63,448 nucleotides of DNA, filler included, from Octopus bimaculoides (GCF_001194135.2; 5 parts of 5 records of this genome joined end to end with filler, not necessarily neighbours in it), one strand, 5' to 3'; positions 37,101-51,295 are shown, counted from the first letter of the whole stretch. The notes: generated from the sequence alone by a model not told the origin. Made by a program: numbers and translations.

Positions 37101-39204
37101 AAGTTATCAAATGATTACAATTTAGCTTTAAAATAACGAAACGAAATTATGGTGTATAAATTTAAGATGGCAATCAGATTAGAATATTTATTAAACACAA
37201 AATGTAAATCACATTTGAAGATCATGAAGTGTAGCTCGCTTCCAACCTTGGATGTAAAATTATAAATAAGCGAGACTTTTGTTTTGTTTTTTTCATACTT
37301 GTGAATTATATTATTTAGTGGAAAAAGTAGTAGTGGCTCAACTTGGAGAGACTCTCACATCTCTGAGCTATGCACCTTGCTGAGTAATGTTACTCCAGAG
37401 ATTCTTCAGAGAAAATCCCCGTTTTAGCTGCTTGTATTTGCTTGTTCTTCAGATATTTTATCATACAAACCTTTGCAATGGTAATTAATACACTATTTTA
37501 CTACTAAATATGATTTAATCCTTTTTAATCTTAATCCCAATTACACAACTAGATTTTGTTAAGATTAGTACTAGCAAGGGACAAACCTATTTCTAATTGT
37601 AATGATTTAGGGAGAAGAGATGAAGGTAAATTGTTTCAGTTAGAAGAATGGTCAGTGTGGGGGAAGTGAAGGGAGACGTTAGGACCAGTGATGTCAGGAA
37701 TAGAAGTGAGAGGAAGGGGCATCATACCAAGGGACAGGGCATTTGAACAGCCTCTTTGTTTATCAGGATGTTGAGGGTAACAGATGTGTGGAAGGGATCT
37801 GCAAGGGAGAGAGGTTATTGGCCAGAGGTTGAGGTAGTATATATGTGTCGGTACAACCACCAATTCTGCTGATCCTTGTGAAGTGAAGCTGCATACTCTG
37901 TTCTGATTCTGCCTGAAGGTAAGAGCATCCATGTTTTAGACTTTTCCTGCTACAGTCAGTGTGACCCCTAACAACAGTATCACAAGCAAACAAGGAACTA
38001 TTAAGTGGATGGTTGGATCACTAAAAATAGCAACCAAATTTCCTTCAAATCAAACTTAGCAATTATGAAAAATGAAGACATATTTAATCAGGCCTATTTG
38101 ATAGTGCATGTGTTATTAGTTAAATCATACCAGAGGTTCATGGTTGGAACACCTTGGATCATTTGGTTGATCAGGGCTGACCTAGGGGCAGACAACCACA
38201 ATGATAGAAGCACGAAAGCCATCCTAAGGTAAACAAAAAGAAACTGACATCACAACCATCAGTGAGACATATGTTTGAAATCACTGAATAACTAATAACA
38301 CACACAGCACCACTAAATTACCAATATCATCCTCCAAAGCACCACTGTTGCCAACACAGACCCCTCCCCTCACACAACACTACTACTATTACCAAAACAA
38401 TACCACTGCCACCACCACCACCACCACCACCACCATCGCCACCGCTGCCGCCGCCGCCACCGGCACCAATGCCGCTNNNNNNNNNNNNNNNNNNNNNNNN
38501 NNNNNNNNNNNNNNNNNNNNNNNNNNNNNNNNNNNNNNNNNNNNNNNNNNNNNNNNNNNNNNNNNNNNNNNNNNNNNNNNNNNNNNNNNNNNNNNNNNNN
38601 NNNNNNNNNNNNNNNNNNNNNNNNNNNNNNNNNNNNNNNNNNNNNNNNNNNNNNNNNNNNNNNNNNNNNNNNNNNNNNNNNNNNNNNNNNNNNNNNCACC
38701 ACCACCATTAGCACCATTCCATTGCCATATCAGGAGTCATAAAGCTCTTTAAATATTGACAGAAGATTGAGAATAAGACCAAATAACGTGACCATGTCTG
38801 TCCTCTAAATTTTATAGCCCTGTGTGTGCAGTTATATGTGTGTGTATATATATACATACATATATATATATATACATACACATATATATATATATACATA
38901 CATGTATATGTGTGTGTGATGTATGTACGTATGTATATAAATATATGCATATGTTTATATATGTATGTATGTGGGTGTGTGTGGGTGTGAGTGTGGGTGT
39001 GAGTGTGGGTGTGAGTGTGGCGTGCAAGAAACTTTATTTTTGAAATATTCTTGTCTAAAAATAAACAGCAAATTTTGATTCGGTAGTTTGCAGTGTCATA
39101 AAAGTCAGATTCTCGTCTTTCTTCCTATAATTTGCCATCATTTATGAGATGGTGGCCACTCTATAGACATAGACACCAAATTCTTCATTCTTCGCTTTCT
39201 GACA

Positions 39205-39545
39205 AATGATAATGATTATGATGATGACAATGGTGAAGAAGGCGATAATGGTGATGCTGCTGAAAATGATGATGACGATGACGACGACGACGATGAGGAC
39301 GACAACGACAATGATGACGACTACGATGACCATGATGGCAACAGCAAAGATGATGATGTTAGTAATAATGGGGATGTTGACAATGATGACAAAAATTAGG
39401 ATGTTTACCACAATGATAACATTGATGATGACGATAATGAAAACAAAAATGACGGTGTGGACAATGACGATAATGATGACAATGTCAATACAAACAATGG
39501 CATTATGGAAAATGACATTGATAATGATAATGATGGCTGTTTTGA
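39205..39545 (+). repeat. Degenerate GAT/GAC low-complexity tract
   Basis: GAY-rich triplets; Asp-rich frame interrupted by TAG. Confidence 0.8.
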
Positions 39546-40021
39546 TAATTTCCTGAAATTTGCCACAAGGTCAGAGATTCCACACATTTTAACATTACAA
39601 TGCAAGACTACAATAAAATGGAAAATGAACAGAAATCGTTTACTTGCTTCAGTGATTGGACTGTGGCCATGCTGGGGCACTGCCCTGAAGAATTTTCAGT
39701 CAAATGAATCGACCTCAGGACTTATATTTTATTTTTTCAAACTTAGTATTTATTCTATCAGTGTGATTTGCCAAACCACTAAGTTACAGGGATGTAAACA
39801 CACCAACACTGGTTGTCAAGAGGTGGCAGACAAACACAGACACAAAGACAGACACACACATACATATGTGTGTCTGTGTGTGAATTTAAATTATAATTGG
39901 ATGGCTATTCACAATTTAAAAAACAGAAGGCACAAGTACAAACGTCTCTAAAGTGAATAAGGGTGTAATTCAGTAGCAGCATTGCTAGAAATAACAGCCA
40001 AAACAACTCTTAGCCATAGGC

Positions 40022-40055
<34 letters not shown>

Positions 40056-40177
40056 NNNNNNNNNNNNNNNNNNNNNNNNNNNNNNNNNNNNNNNNNNNNN
40101 NNNNNNNNNNNNNNNNNNNNNNNNNNNNNNNNNNNNNNNNNNNNNNNNNNNNNNNNNNNNNNNNNNNNNNNNNNNNN

Positions 40178-40270
<93 letters not shown>

Positions 40271-40959
40271 CAGGGTGTCATGCAGTGGGACTGAACCTGG
40301 AACCATATGGTTGGGAAGCAAACTTTTTATCATACGGTCACGCAGTGCCTGTTAACAAGAAAAAAGTTGACAGTAACTTCAAAGTTTAATAAACTTTTAC
40401 TCTACCAAACAGTATTAAGCAATCCTTCAGCATAATGTTAAATTGTTTTTAAATACAACTTCTCATAAAAACAAACATTATTACACACACGCCCATCTAT
40501 CCACACCTTCATATCTGTATGTCTCTCTAGCAATGTCTTCCTATTAACCTTGTTAGCTGTGTATCATTGTCTGTCTGTATATCCATATATCTATCTAGTC
40601 AGCAATGTTTCTCTCTGCATCTGTCTATCATTATCCTTCCTACCTGTCTCTGACAGTCGATTCATCAATGTTAGTCCATATACCTATCTATCAATGCTTA
40701 TTCTATCAATAGACCAATCAATCATTCTATTGTTATTACTCTTTCATTGTCCTTCTAATTGTCAGCTTGTCTGACCATCTGCGTCTCTTTATCTATCTAT
40801 CTATCTACCTACCCCAGTGCTGAACACTGAAAGAATGGAATGCAGAATTTGAACTGAGGACATTAAGACAGACAAAATGTTTCTAAGCATGTTCTCTGGT
40901 GTCCTTATGGTGCTGCCAGCTAGCAGCAAGCTGCCTTAATAATAATGATAATGATGATG

Positions 40960-40995
<36 letters not shown>

Positions 40996-41041
40996 ATTAT
41001 TATTATTATCATTATTATCATCATTATTATTAATTATTATT

Positions 41042-41430
41042 ATATGTTTGACTTTTGATGTAACCATACCAAATGACATGAATGTCGTGAGTAAAGAGGT
41101 TGAAAGAACCACCAAGTACTCCGAATTGAAAGTGGGAATCGCAAGACTGTATGGAATGCGAGAGGGTGATGTAAAAGTGACACCAGTGGTGATCGGAGCA
41201 CTTGGCTCAATCCCATTGAAATTTCAAGACTTCTTAAGGCAAATGGAAATCCCATGCAAGATTGATGTCTTGCAAAAAGCAGCCATATTGGGCACAGCGC
41301 ACATCTTAAAGAAAGTATTATCTGTCTGAGGTCCTTGTTGTGACTTGACAGATGACTAAAGATTCCGGTACATTTTTACCTACACTGTGTTTTGAAGGAA
41401 TAATAACAACAACAACAACAATAATGATGA
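41042..41430 (+). mobile_element. R4/Dong-type (restriction-like endonuclease) non-LTR retrotransposon 3' fragment
   Basis: ORF 41048-41329 FDVTIPND..V..KE.E..TKY..L...V.PVVIGALG.IP...LQKAAILGTAHIL.KVL matches REL domain; short 3' UTR; TAA-type repeats on both sides. Confidence 0.85.
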
Positions 41431-41467
41431 TAATAATAATAATAACAATAACAGTAATGATAAATAA

Positions 41468-41670
41468 ATGGCACTCATGCCAGTGGCACGTAAAAATACC
41501 CATTTTACTTTTGGGGTGTCTGGTGTAGGGAAGGGCATCCAGTTGTAGAAACCATGCCAAAACCAACTGGGACCTGGTACAACTCTCCAGCTTGCCAGTT
41601 CAGTCAAACCATCTAACCCATGCCAGCAGTGAAAGAGGACGTTAAATCATGATGATGATGATGATAATAA
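41468..41670 (+). mobile_element. RTE-derived 3' repeat
   Basis: Homology to 1-190. Confidence 0.75.
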
Positions 41671-41716
41671 TGACAGTAACAACAACAACAACAACAACAA
41701 TAATCATAATAATAAC

Positions 41717-41758
<42 letters not shown>

Positions 41759-42617
41759 TATAAGAAGAAGAAGAAGAAAAAGAAGACCAAAATGAAGAGC
41801 AGGACAATGATCATAATGATGAGGATAAAGAAAAAGATGACAAAGAAGAATAAGAAAAAAAAAATGATGAAGAATGTAAAAAGAAAAGAAAGAGAAAAAG
41901 AAGAGAAATATGAAAGGTGACAAATTTTCTTGAAATAGTTTAAGATATGAACTAAATATAAAAATATTTCCTATTTGTGTAATAAAATTCTAAGGTTGAC
42001 AGTCTTTTATGGTGGTGCTTTGACTAGGTCAGACATTTTATCTCAAATAAGGTCAGATTGGATTCGCACCACATCGAGATTCTCTTTGTAAAATGGTAAA
42101 CTTTGATACCAGTCACGCATCATAGCATTTCTCTTCGAATAACTTCTAAACTTCTTCATTCAATAGTGAGTTCTGTTTTTTTTTTGTTTTTTTTAAAAAC
42201 TGAATCTCAAATTTGATATATGTGTGTGTGTGTGTGTGTGTATATGTATATATATATTTATAAATATAATGAGTACNNNNNNNNNNAATAATAATAATAA
42301 TAATAATTATAAGAAGAAGAAGAAGAAAAAGAAGACCAAAATGAAGAGCAGGACAATGATCATAATGATGAGGATAAAGAAAAAGATGACAAAGAAGAAT
42401 AAGAAAAAAAAAATGATGAAGAATGTAAAAAGAAAAGAAAGAGAAAAAGAAGAGAAATATGAAAGGTGACAAATTTTCTTGAAATAGTTTAAGATATGAA
42501 CTAAATATAAAAATATTTCCTATTTGTGTAATAAAATNNNNNNNNNNATATTTATATGTGTACATATATATAAATACATGTATGTACACGTATAAATATA
42601 TATATGTATATAGTTAG

Positions 42618-42660
<43 letters not shown>

Positions 42661-43382
42661 TGTACATATACATATACAAGATAATGATGATGATGATGAT
42701 GTATATGTATATCTATATCTGTCTCTTTCTATATAACAATCTATCTATCTATCTATCTATCAATCTCTCTATCTATCTATCTCTATATATACATACATGC
42801 ATACATACATACATACATATATATTTAAATATATATANNNNNNNNNNNNNNNNNNNNNNNNNNNNNNNNNNNNNNNNNNNNNNNNNNNNNNNNNNNNNNN
42901 NNNNNNNNNNNNNNNNNNNNNNNNNNNNNNNNNNNNNNNNNNNNNNNNNNNNNNNNNNNNNNNNNNNNNNNNNNNNNNNNNNNNNNNNNNNNNNNNNNNN
43001 NNNNNNNNNNNNNNNNNNNNNNNNNNNNNNNNNNNNNNNNNNNNNNNNNNNNNNNNNNNNNNNNNNNNNNNNNNNNNNNNNNNNNNNNNNNNNNNNNNNN
43101 NNNNNNNNNNNNNNNNNNNNNNNNNNNNNNNNNNNNNNNNNNNNNNNNNNNNNNNNNNNNNNNNNNNNNNNNNNNNNNNNNNNNNNNNNNNNNNNNNNNN
43201 NNNNNNNNNNNTTTAGTGGTCTACATATTTATTAAACTATACAAAGAAAAGGTTGATAGTGACTTCAAAGTTTCAGCCTGTTTGCCTTTAAGAGATCATC
43301 TGACAAAGGTGAGCAAGCCAAAACTTTGAAGTTACAGTCAACTTCTAAGAGTTTAATATATGTTTATACATGTGTATGCATG

Positions 43383-43422
<40 letters not shown>

Positions 43423-43672
43423 CGTGTAAGATAAATGTTAAATGATATATTCTTTAATTCTTTTATTTGTTTCAGTCATCTTGACTGTGGCCATGCTGGA
43501 GCACCACCTTTAGTCGAACAAGTTGACCCCAGGACTTATTCTTAGTAAGCCTAGTATTTATTCTAATGATCTCTTCTGCTGAACCGCTATGTTGCATACA
43601 TCATAATTTCACATATATCGTCTATAAAAGCTATATTCATAAGTTTAAAAATTGCAAAAGAATTTGTTTGTA

Positions 43673-43747
43673 GGCAGTTTAGCTTAAAGGTAAAGCACTA
43701 TGACCAGTAATCACAGGAATGTGAGTTCGAGTTTCATGGTTGGCTGC
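43673..43747 (+). pseudogene. tRNA-Thr(AGT)-like pseudogene or SINE head
   Basis: D arm gctt/aagc, anticodon loop cc-AGT-aa, T loop ttcgagt; 4-nt insertion before the 3' acceptor strand. Confidence 0.4.
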
Positions 43748-43829
43748 TAAACAAATTTTTCTGCAATATAAGTATGTTCTGTCCTATTTATGCTATTTGG
43801 CATTATTATTATGTGTCTGATCTGGTAAA

Positions 43830-44240
43830 GTTTCTACAGCTAGATGTGCCCTTCCTAATGCCAACCACTCCGAGAGTACAGTGGGTGCTTTTACATGCCA
43901 CCAGCATGAGGGCCAGTCAGGTGGTACTGGCATGAGCCACACTCAAATGGTGCTTTTTATGTGCCACCTGCACAGGAGCCAGTCCGGCGGCACTGGCAAT
44001 AACCATGCTCGAATGGTGTTTATTTTACATGCCACTGGCACGGGAGCCTGTCAGTGGCCCTGGCAATGATCTCACTTCAATGGTGCCGCTAACATTCCAC
44101 TGGCATGGGAGCCAATCAAGCAGGTCTTCACAAGCATAGTTTATTGTCCAATGATTGAAGAGTTCTCTTAAATGGGTTGGTTATACAGCACTGGTACAGG
44201 CCACGGTTATGGCCTCACTTGGCTTGCTGGGTCAGAAAAT
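43830..44240 (-). mobile_element. RTE-derived 3' UTR fragment
   Basis: Homology to 33903-34560 and 48290-48880. Confidence 0.7.
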
Positions 44241-44510
44241 CTACTCCATGTATTTTGAGCCCTTTTCTTCTCTACTCTTTGCTCATAATAATGTATGCAC
44301 ACACATACACAAGCACACACATGCGTGCATACACACTTCCATGTGTGTGTGTGTATTTATGGGTGCATGTATAAATAATTGTGTGTTCTATGAACACAGG
44401 TATAGAAATATATATTTACACCTCTGTGTGTGTGTATGTGTATATAAAACTGTGTGTTATATATGTACATAGATACAGAAATATATAATATACATATGCA
44501 TTTATACAGG

Positions 44511-44562
<52 letters not shown>

Positions 44563-44630
44563 GAGCGAGGCAGATACATATGCATGCAGGTGTGTCTATG
44601 TAACTATGTGTTATATGTATCTAGGTAGAT

Positions 44631-44682
<52 letters not shown>

Positions 44683-45582
44683 AGAGAAGGAAAGAGAGAG
44701 AGAGAGAGAGAGGGGAGGGGGAGAGAAGGAAGGAGAGAGAGGTGGGGATTGAGAGATCCATTGAATTCTGGTGAATCAGAGAATCAGAAAGCCACCTGAA
44801 GTATGCTGTGTAAAGTCGATTTGGTTTGCACAGAATGGAGATCTGATCGTCTGTAACAAGATATAAAAATGAATCTAAACACTAAAGATTGATTGATAAT
44901 TAATTTCATTGAATATTAGATTCTGTGTGAGAAAAAAGGTCAATAGGACTGATCAGTGATTGATACCTGTGATCACGAAAGGTCAACCAATTGACTCTTT
45001 TTATTGCACAAACACATCGCATCTAACAGTGAAGAGTTTTCTTTTTAAAAACTGTTGACAATAGCACTGTTTCGTCCCCACAGAGAATACTTTACAAGCA
45101 AAGAAGACTTGTTATGGAATCAATTTTGATATTCAAAATATAAGACAAAACTTTATGACAGTATAATGCATTCCAACAATGCAGCTAAATGTTTGCAGTA
45201 ATGGTTTGAAAATGAAAAGAAATTTGCAATCCAGAATTACTGAGTGTGGTTTAATGAAATGTTCCAGTGTTTTTCTTTGACAATAACCATTTCACAGAAA
45301 CCCCACATGAGCAATGTTGATTAAAAGACAACATTTATTCTTGGTAATCTGTGTTAAGCTATTCTATGTACTATTATTATTACATTACAAGACTTCAATG
45401 TATGCTATACCATATCCAGGAGAGAGAACAATGCATCTCTTCATTACCGTAGCCTATCTAAATCTCGGTTATACATTCAAAAGAAATTTAGATAACTCTG
45501 TCATAATATTTTCCAAAAGTTCATTTCTGCTGTTGTTTGTGAGAAACAAAGAGTGACATATACATATAGATATATATATACA

Positions 45583-45645
<63 letters not shown>

Positions 45646-45699
45646 TGATACATTTCTAAATCTCTCTGAGAGACTTAAGCTGTAGTGATGCAATTAAGT

Positions 45700-45955
45700 A
45701 GTTGTATACTGTCAACTTAATGTGACAGTCCCAATAAGGGAATAATACTACTGCTATTTAGCCCTAGGAAGTAGCACCGCTTCCTGTCAGCCTTGACACA
45801 TTTCCTGTGTCCTTATGTTTACGAGGGGGAGACAAGCCCCTCCACCCAGCCAAGTCTGCATCCAGAGACATGTTTCTGAGATTTTGCTCGTCATCAGCCT
45901 GGAGTGGCATGACTTGCTGGCTGAAGATGCCTGTCAAGCTCTCGTAAACATATAA
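45700..45955 (-). mobile_element. Highly structured HHR-bearing short element (family C)
   Basis: 12-bp inverted repeat 45814-45825/45941-45952, extended stem around the HHR, tail shared with 30272-30375. Confidence 0.6.
45861..45903 (-). ncRNA. Minimal type I hammerhead ribozyme with GUC site
   Basis: Minus strand: tccagg CTGATGA c gag-caaaat-ctc a GAAAC AT GTC tctgga. Confidence 0.8.
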
Positions 45956-46029
45956 TAATTCTAGTGAAATGCATTCACTGATTTCAAAATTAGTCTCTCT
46001 GTGAGATTGAGAAATGTATCATTTCTAAT

Positions 46030-46412
46030 TTTCTATAGCTGGATGCCCTTTCTGTCACCAACCCTGTTTCCAAGCGAGGTAATATTTCTTCATGGACAGA
46101 CATGTTTCTGTTGAAGATTGGAAACAAACAACATCGTTTGCATGATGATAATCATGCCCATTGGCAACCATCATATAATGTCAAAACAAGGAACCACACA
46201 TATACACACACAAATATATAAATATATACATGTATGTGTGTGTATATATATGTGTATGTGTGTGAGATGAGCTTCTTTCAGTTTCCATCTACCAAATCCA
46301 CTCATAAGGCTTTTGTTGTCTTGGGGGCTATCACAGAAGACAATTGCCCAAACTGAACCCAACCACACGTGGTTGGGACACAAATGTCTTAACCAGACAG
46401 CCACCACGCCTG
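46030..46412 (-). mobile_element. CORE-like SINE variant with RTE-type tail
   Basis: Same layout as 3140-3570. Confidence 0.65.
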
Positions 46413-46479
46413 CACTTATATAAACCCGTCATCAGAGTAGTTTGCTAATGTATAATCTGGCGTTTTTCATGATACATGG

Positions 46480-46760
46480 ACATGACAAAATTTAATCAAA
46501 AGGAAGAACTTAGTGACCATTTTCAGAGATTCTGACAAATTGTCTTTGTTGTTTGAATGCTCAGAAGAATTACTTGTATCTTATTATTTGAACATTTTCA
46601 GGAAAGGTGGAATGGCTACAGCATTTACCAAAGTGTTAGATTTCTTTCTCATTGAGTTAGTTCCATAAAAAAAAAATATGAAAGTGTATACGTGAAAGGG
46701 GATCTGTAAGAACATCAAAAGTCTGGTAAAATAGTATCATTGGAATGGAATTGAAATATA
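46480..46760 (+). mobile_element. Degenerate mariner C-terminal relic
   Basis: CSEELLVSYYL resembles YSPDLAPSDYYLF; followed by LDFF and KGI..K...NG. Confidence 0.35.
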
Positions 46761-47777
46761 ATGGTTGACTACATTTGGTGTTTAATGCAGGTACAGCACT
46801 GACTACAATTACTTTCAGAGATCAAAGATATGTTAGCAGAACCATTCCTAAGTTGAGTTACATTTGATTTTATTTCATTGCATTCCAAATGATGAAACAT
46901 CCTTGAAAATTTATAAATGTAAGCTGTTCACGTAGACTCTGTGTGTACAGCAGTGTATATAATACAGTTTAAGTGTCTCTTCTTCACCACAGTATATGAC
47001 AATAATCATTTTACTCACACTGGAATGATGAAAGATATATTTCAGTGTGGCAAGATATGAAGTCAGAGCAACGAAGAGTGGATCTGAACACTGTAGAAGC
47101 ATTAGATCAGAGTTGTAAAGTTTCTGACAGTTTGTTGTGTTACATAACATCGTCATCGTCACCATCATTTAAATTGCTGCATTGCATGCTGGCATGGGTT
47201 GGACACTTTCACACAACCTGACAAGTCCAAGGACTGTGTCACTTCCTTGTACTTGCAGTGGTCTTTACTCAGGGTGGGTTGAGCTGACTCTGATTAACGA
47301 GTTCTTATGAATACTGACCACATTCAAAGGTCAGCCATTATGTTCCAGCAGGCAAAGTAATGCTTCTGCTTGCAGTCCCTAAAATCCAGACGGCAAATTT
47401 GACAAATGACCCCAGGAGAGTAAGCAAGCATATTGATTAGTAGGGATGCTGTAGATGTAGTCATCATTCACTGCTGTGTTGTGGGGTTCATGAAACAAGG
47501 ACCACATTGTGATCCAATGTCTGCTTTGACATAGATTTTGTGATTTGTGACTGGATGCCCTTTCTGTACACTGTGTACTGGGTCCTTTTTATGTGGACCC
47601 AGCACTAGTGAGTTCACCATGCAGCTTACATGAATATGATCCCCTTTCACTGAATGGGATTGCTGTGGAGAAGGAGATTGCATTATGCTAGGAGATTAGG
47701 GGTTAAAATGAAAGAGAAAAGGGTTTAGAACAGAATGGATTTCTTGCTGTAGTGGAGTTACTTGGCTGACACCTTTT

Positions 47778-48017
47778 AATATTGGCTTCAAATTCTGGCA
47801 CAAGGCCAGCAATTTTAAGGGAGGGAGTAATTCAATTACAGCGATCTCTGTACTCAACTGGTACTTATTTTATTGACCCTGACAAAATGAAATGCTAAGG
47901 TGACCCTGGCAGAGTTTGAACTCAGAACATAAAGTTGAATTTAAACTCAGAATGTAAATACAAACGAAATGCTTCTGAGCATTTTGCCCGGTCTGCTAAC
48001 GATTCTGTCAGCTCACC
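47778..48017 (-). mobile_element. tRNA-derived SINE (family of 62744-62957)
   Basis: Full-length homology with CpG decay. Confidence 0.8.
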
Positions 48018-48289
48018 ATCTTTAACATCTTTCAATTATTGATAATGCCTTAATTATCTTTCAAATGTAACCATAATGGTATAATTATATTTACTGCTGA
48101 CCTAATGTGGCAGTTCAGAGAAATAGGACAAATGCTGCTGTTGATTAGCTCTGAGAGATGATTGCCTCTATCTGGCTATATGACACGCAAATCTGTATCC
48201 TTCGAACAGGGAAGGTCATCAACTTCTTGTTGATTTGGCATCCACAAACCAATTTCAGTGTAGTTGCCCTTTATCAATGTGGAGCAGCC

Positions 48290-48880
48290 AAGTCCAGCAG
48301 GGGTCGCTGTGACAGGCTCCAATCTGATTTGGCAAGGTTTCTACAGCTGGATGCCCTTCCTAACACCAACCACTCTGAGAGTGTAGTGGGTGCTTTTTAC
48401 ATGCCACCAGCATGAGGACCAATCAGCCAGCACTGGAATCGACCACACTCAAATGGTGCTTTTTACGTGCCACCAGAATGGGTGCCAATCTGGTAGTACT
48501 GTCATCGGCCAAGACAATGACTTCACTTGACTCAACAAGTCATCACAATTGCAGTTTATTGCCAAATGAGTGAAGGGTACTCTTAAATGGGCCGGTTATG
48601 CTGCACTGGAACAGGCCACAGTTATGGTCTCATTTGACTTACTGGGTCTTCTCAAGCACAGCATATCTCCAAGGGTCTTGGTCACTTGTCATTGCCTCCA
48701 TGGGGCCCAACATTAGAAGGTCATGTTTCACCACCTCATCCCAGTTCTTCTTCAGCCTACCTCTTCCGCAGGTTCCCTCTACTGCTAGGGTGTGACACTT
48801 TTTCACACAGCTGTCCTCATCCATATGCAACACATGACCATACCAGCACAGTCGTTTCTCTTGCACACCACATCTGGACG
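48290..48880 (-). mobile_element. RTE LINE 3' fragment with ORF2 C-terminus
   Basis: ORF 48639-48866 QEKRLCWYGHVLHMDEDSCVKKC...GRGRLKKNWDEVVKHDL...DQDPWRYAV. Confidence 0.88.
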
Positions 48881-49931
48881 AATGTATAAAATAAATGTGG
48901 TTAAGCTTCAGCTTATCTTTTTATAATATTTAGTGGTTGAGTGGAATATAGGAAGAAAGACAGAGTCCAAGGTGGGGACTGACTTTCATGAAACGGAAGG
49001 ACAAAAGTGGATGGGTTTCAAACAGGACAGATATAAAATGCTAGGAAGCAAAAATTGGCCAGAGAAAGAAAGGAAAAAAGAGTAGAGTTTAATGAATAGG
49101 TTTAGACATTATATAGACAGGAGAAGCAGAGTCAGTAAGTTCAGAGGAGCTAATATCACCATCAAAATAACATGGAAGCCCAAAAATGAAACTAAATATA
49201 ATGATGTTGCTTCAAAAGACTATACACTGTAATAGAGAAGTAAAGAAGAGTGGAAAATGAATGAGGTGTTTCTCTCTTGGATACAGTGGCATATATCTAG
49301 GGTAGCTAAAGAATTCTCTCTCATAAATCAAAAAAAAAACTATTGAATCGTAATATATAATTATGGCAGACGTGAAAGGAAAACAAAACATAATACATCC
49401 ATTGATAATATGGAACAAGGAGAATACCGGTTGCTTGTTTGAAAGATGCAATTCAATCTATTACGACTGGTGAGCATTGTAGATATGTGTTGATAACAAG
49501 GTAAATTCGGTTATCGTTACATATTGAGGCAAAAATCTCTTTGTCAAAAAAAAAATACGCTATAACACATCACTAACAAGATTATTTGATGTTTTATTTT
49601 GCAGCCATCTTTTCTTTCAGTTTGGCAACTGTTTTGTATGTTGGTGTGCGTGTGTGTGTTTGTCTGCATGTAAACACACACATATCAATACACAACTGCA
49701 TGGATGTATATGCACACATGTATATATGTTTATATAGGTACATATGTGTGTGTGTGTGTGTCTGTGTGTATACTTACACACATATATATAAACACACACA
49801 CACACATGCGTACATATACATAGATGTGTATATATTTATATTCTGTATTAGAGGTGATTGCTACTTCGAAGTTTGACTGTAATCGGCTTTTGAAAAATAT
49901 ATATTTGGAATTTGGAAACTTTTATTCCAGA

Positions 49932-49935
49932 CATG

Positions 49936-50003
<68 letters not shown>

Positions 50004-50320
50004 CATGCATATATATAAATATATATGCAGGCATGCATACACCCACCCCCACACACGTACAGAGACAAACATATATATATATATATACAGAGAAACATAA
50101 GCATACACACACACACACACACATATATATATATGTATAAATATATATACACACACACATGTATATATCCATCTATGTATACACATACTGAGATACAAGC
50201 ATGCATACACACACACATATACACATATATATGGGTACATATATAGATACATGTATATACATATACACACACACATATATATATACACATAAATGTATAT
50301 ATAACACACATGCACATTTT
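49932..50320 (+). repeat. Compound (CA)n/(TA)n microsatellite region
   Basis: Dinucleotide runs. Confidence 0.9.
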
Positions 50321-50459
50321 CGCATACTTGGTTGCCCATTTGGGCCATTTCATGTTACCTCTGCTTTATATATGACTATTTCTGTGTGATTAAGTGCTTT
50401 GCTCAGAAGCACATTGCATTACCTGGTCTCGCTCCCTCTCCCCCTCTCTCTCTCTCATC

Positions 50460-50534
<75 letters not shown>

Positions 50535-50885
50535 TCGTCACTGTATCACAAAACCATTCACACCAAAAGCACATAAAAGTTTGTTTACAAAAAGCAATTA
50601 TAAACTAATATAATTCTTAAATTTGACAGAAACAGGGAGGCTAATTCACTGGTGTAATGGTAACAAACTTAGTCGTGTCATAGAAGAGATGTGAGGTCAA
50701 GACCCATGTGAATGGGATAGCCTACATTTTTTTTTGTCGAGGGCTTATATGCCCCATTATTAAACTATTTTCCTTAGTCATTGCACGGTGATCGCTATAA
50801 GCTTTAAGCTTATATAAATACCATTATTATTATTATTATTTAAAGGATTGTGAAACTCGGCACTGTATAACAAAACCATCCGCAC

Positions 50886-50917
<32 letters not shown>

Positions 50918-51001
50918 NNNNNNNNNNNNNNNNNNNNNNNNNNNNNNNNNNNNNNNNNNNNNNNNNNNNNNNNNNNNNNNNNNNNNNNNNNNNNNNNNNN
51001 N

Positions 51002-51121
<120 letters not shown>

Positions 51122-51133
51122 TATATATATAAG

Positions 51134-51295
51134 ATAGGCTTCTTTCAGTTTCCATCTACCAAATCTACTCACAAGGATTTGGGTGGCCCAAGGCTATAGT
51201 AGAATACACTTGCCCAAGGTGCCATGCAGCAGGACTGAACCCGGAACCTTGTGGTTTGGAAGCAAGTTTCTTACCACACAGCCATGCCTGTGCTT
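51134..51295 (-). mobile_element. CORE-like SINE 5' half
   Basis: Homology to 17461-17610. Confidence 0.85.

Noticed and set aside
42287-42537. Exact 251-bp duplicate of 41738-41988
   Set aside because: Identical and bounded by 10-N gaps; most likely redundant contig placement
46602-46655. Plus-strand exon candidate KGGMATAFTKVLDFFLI
   Set aside because: Better explained as part of a degenerate mariner C-terminus
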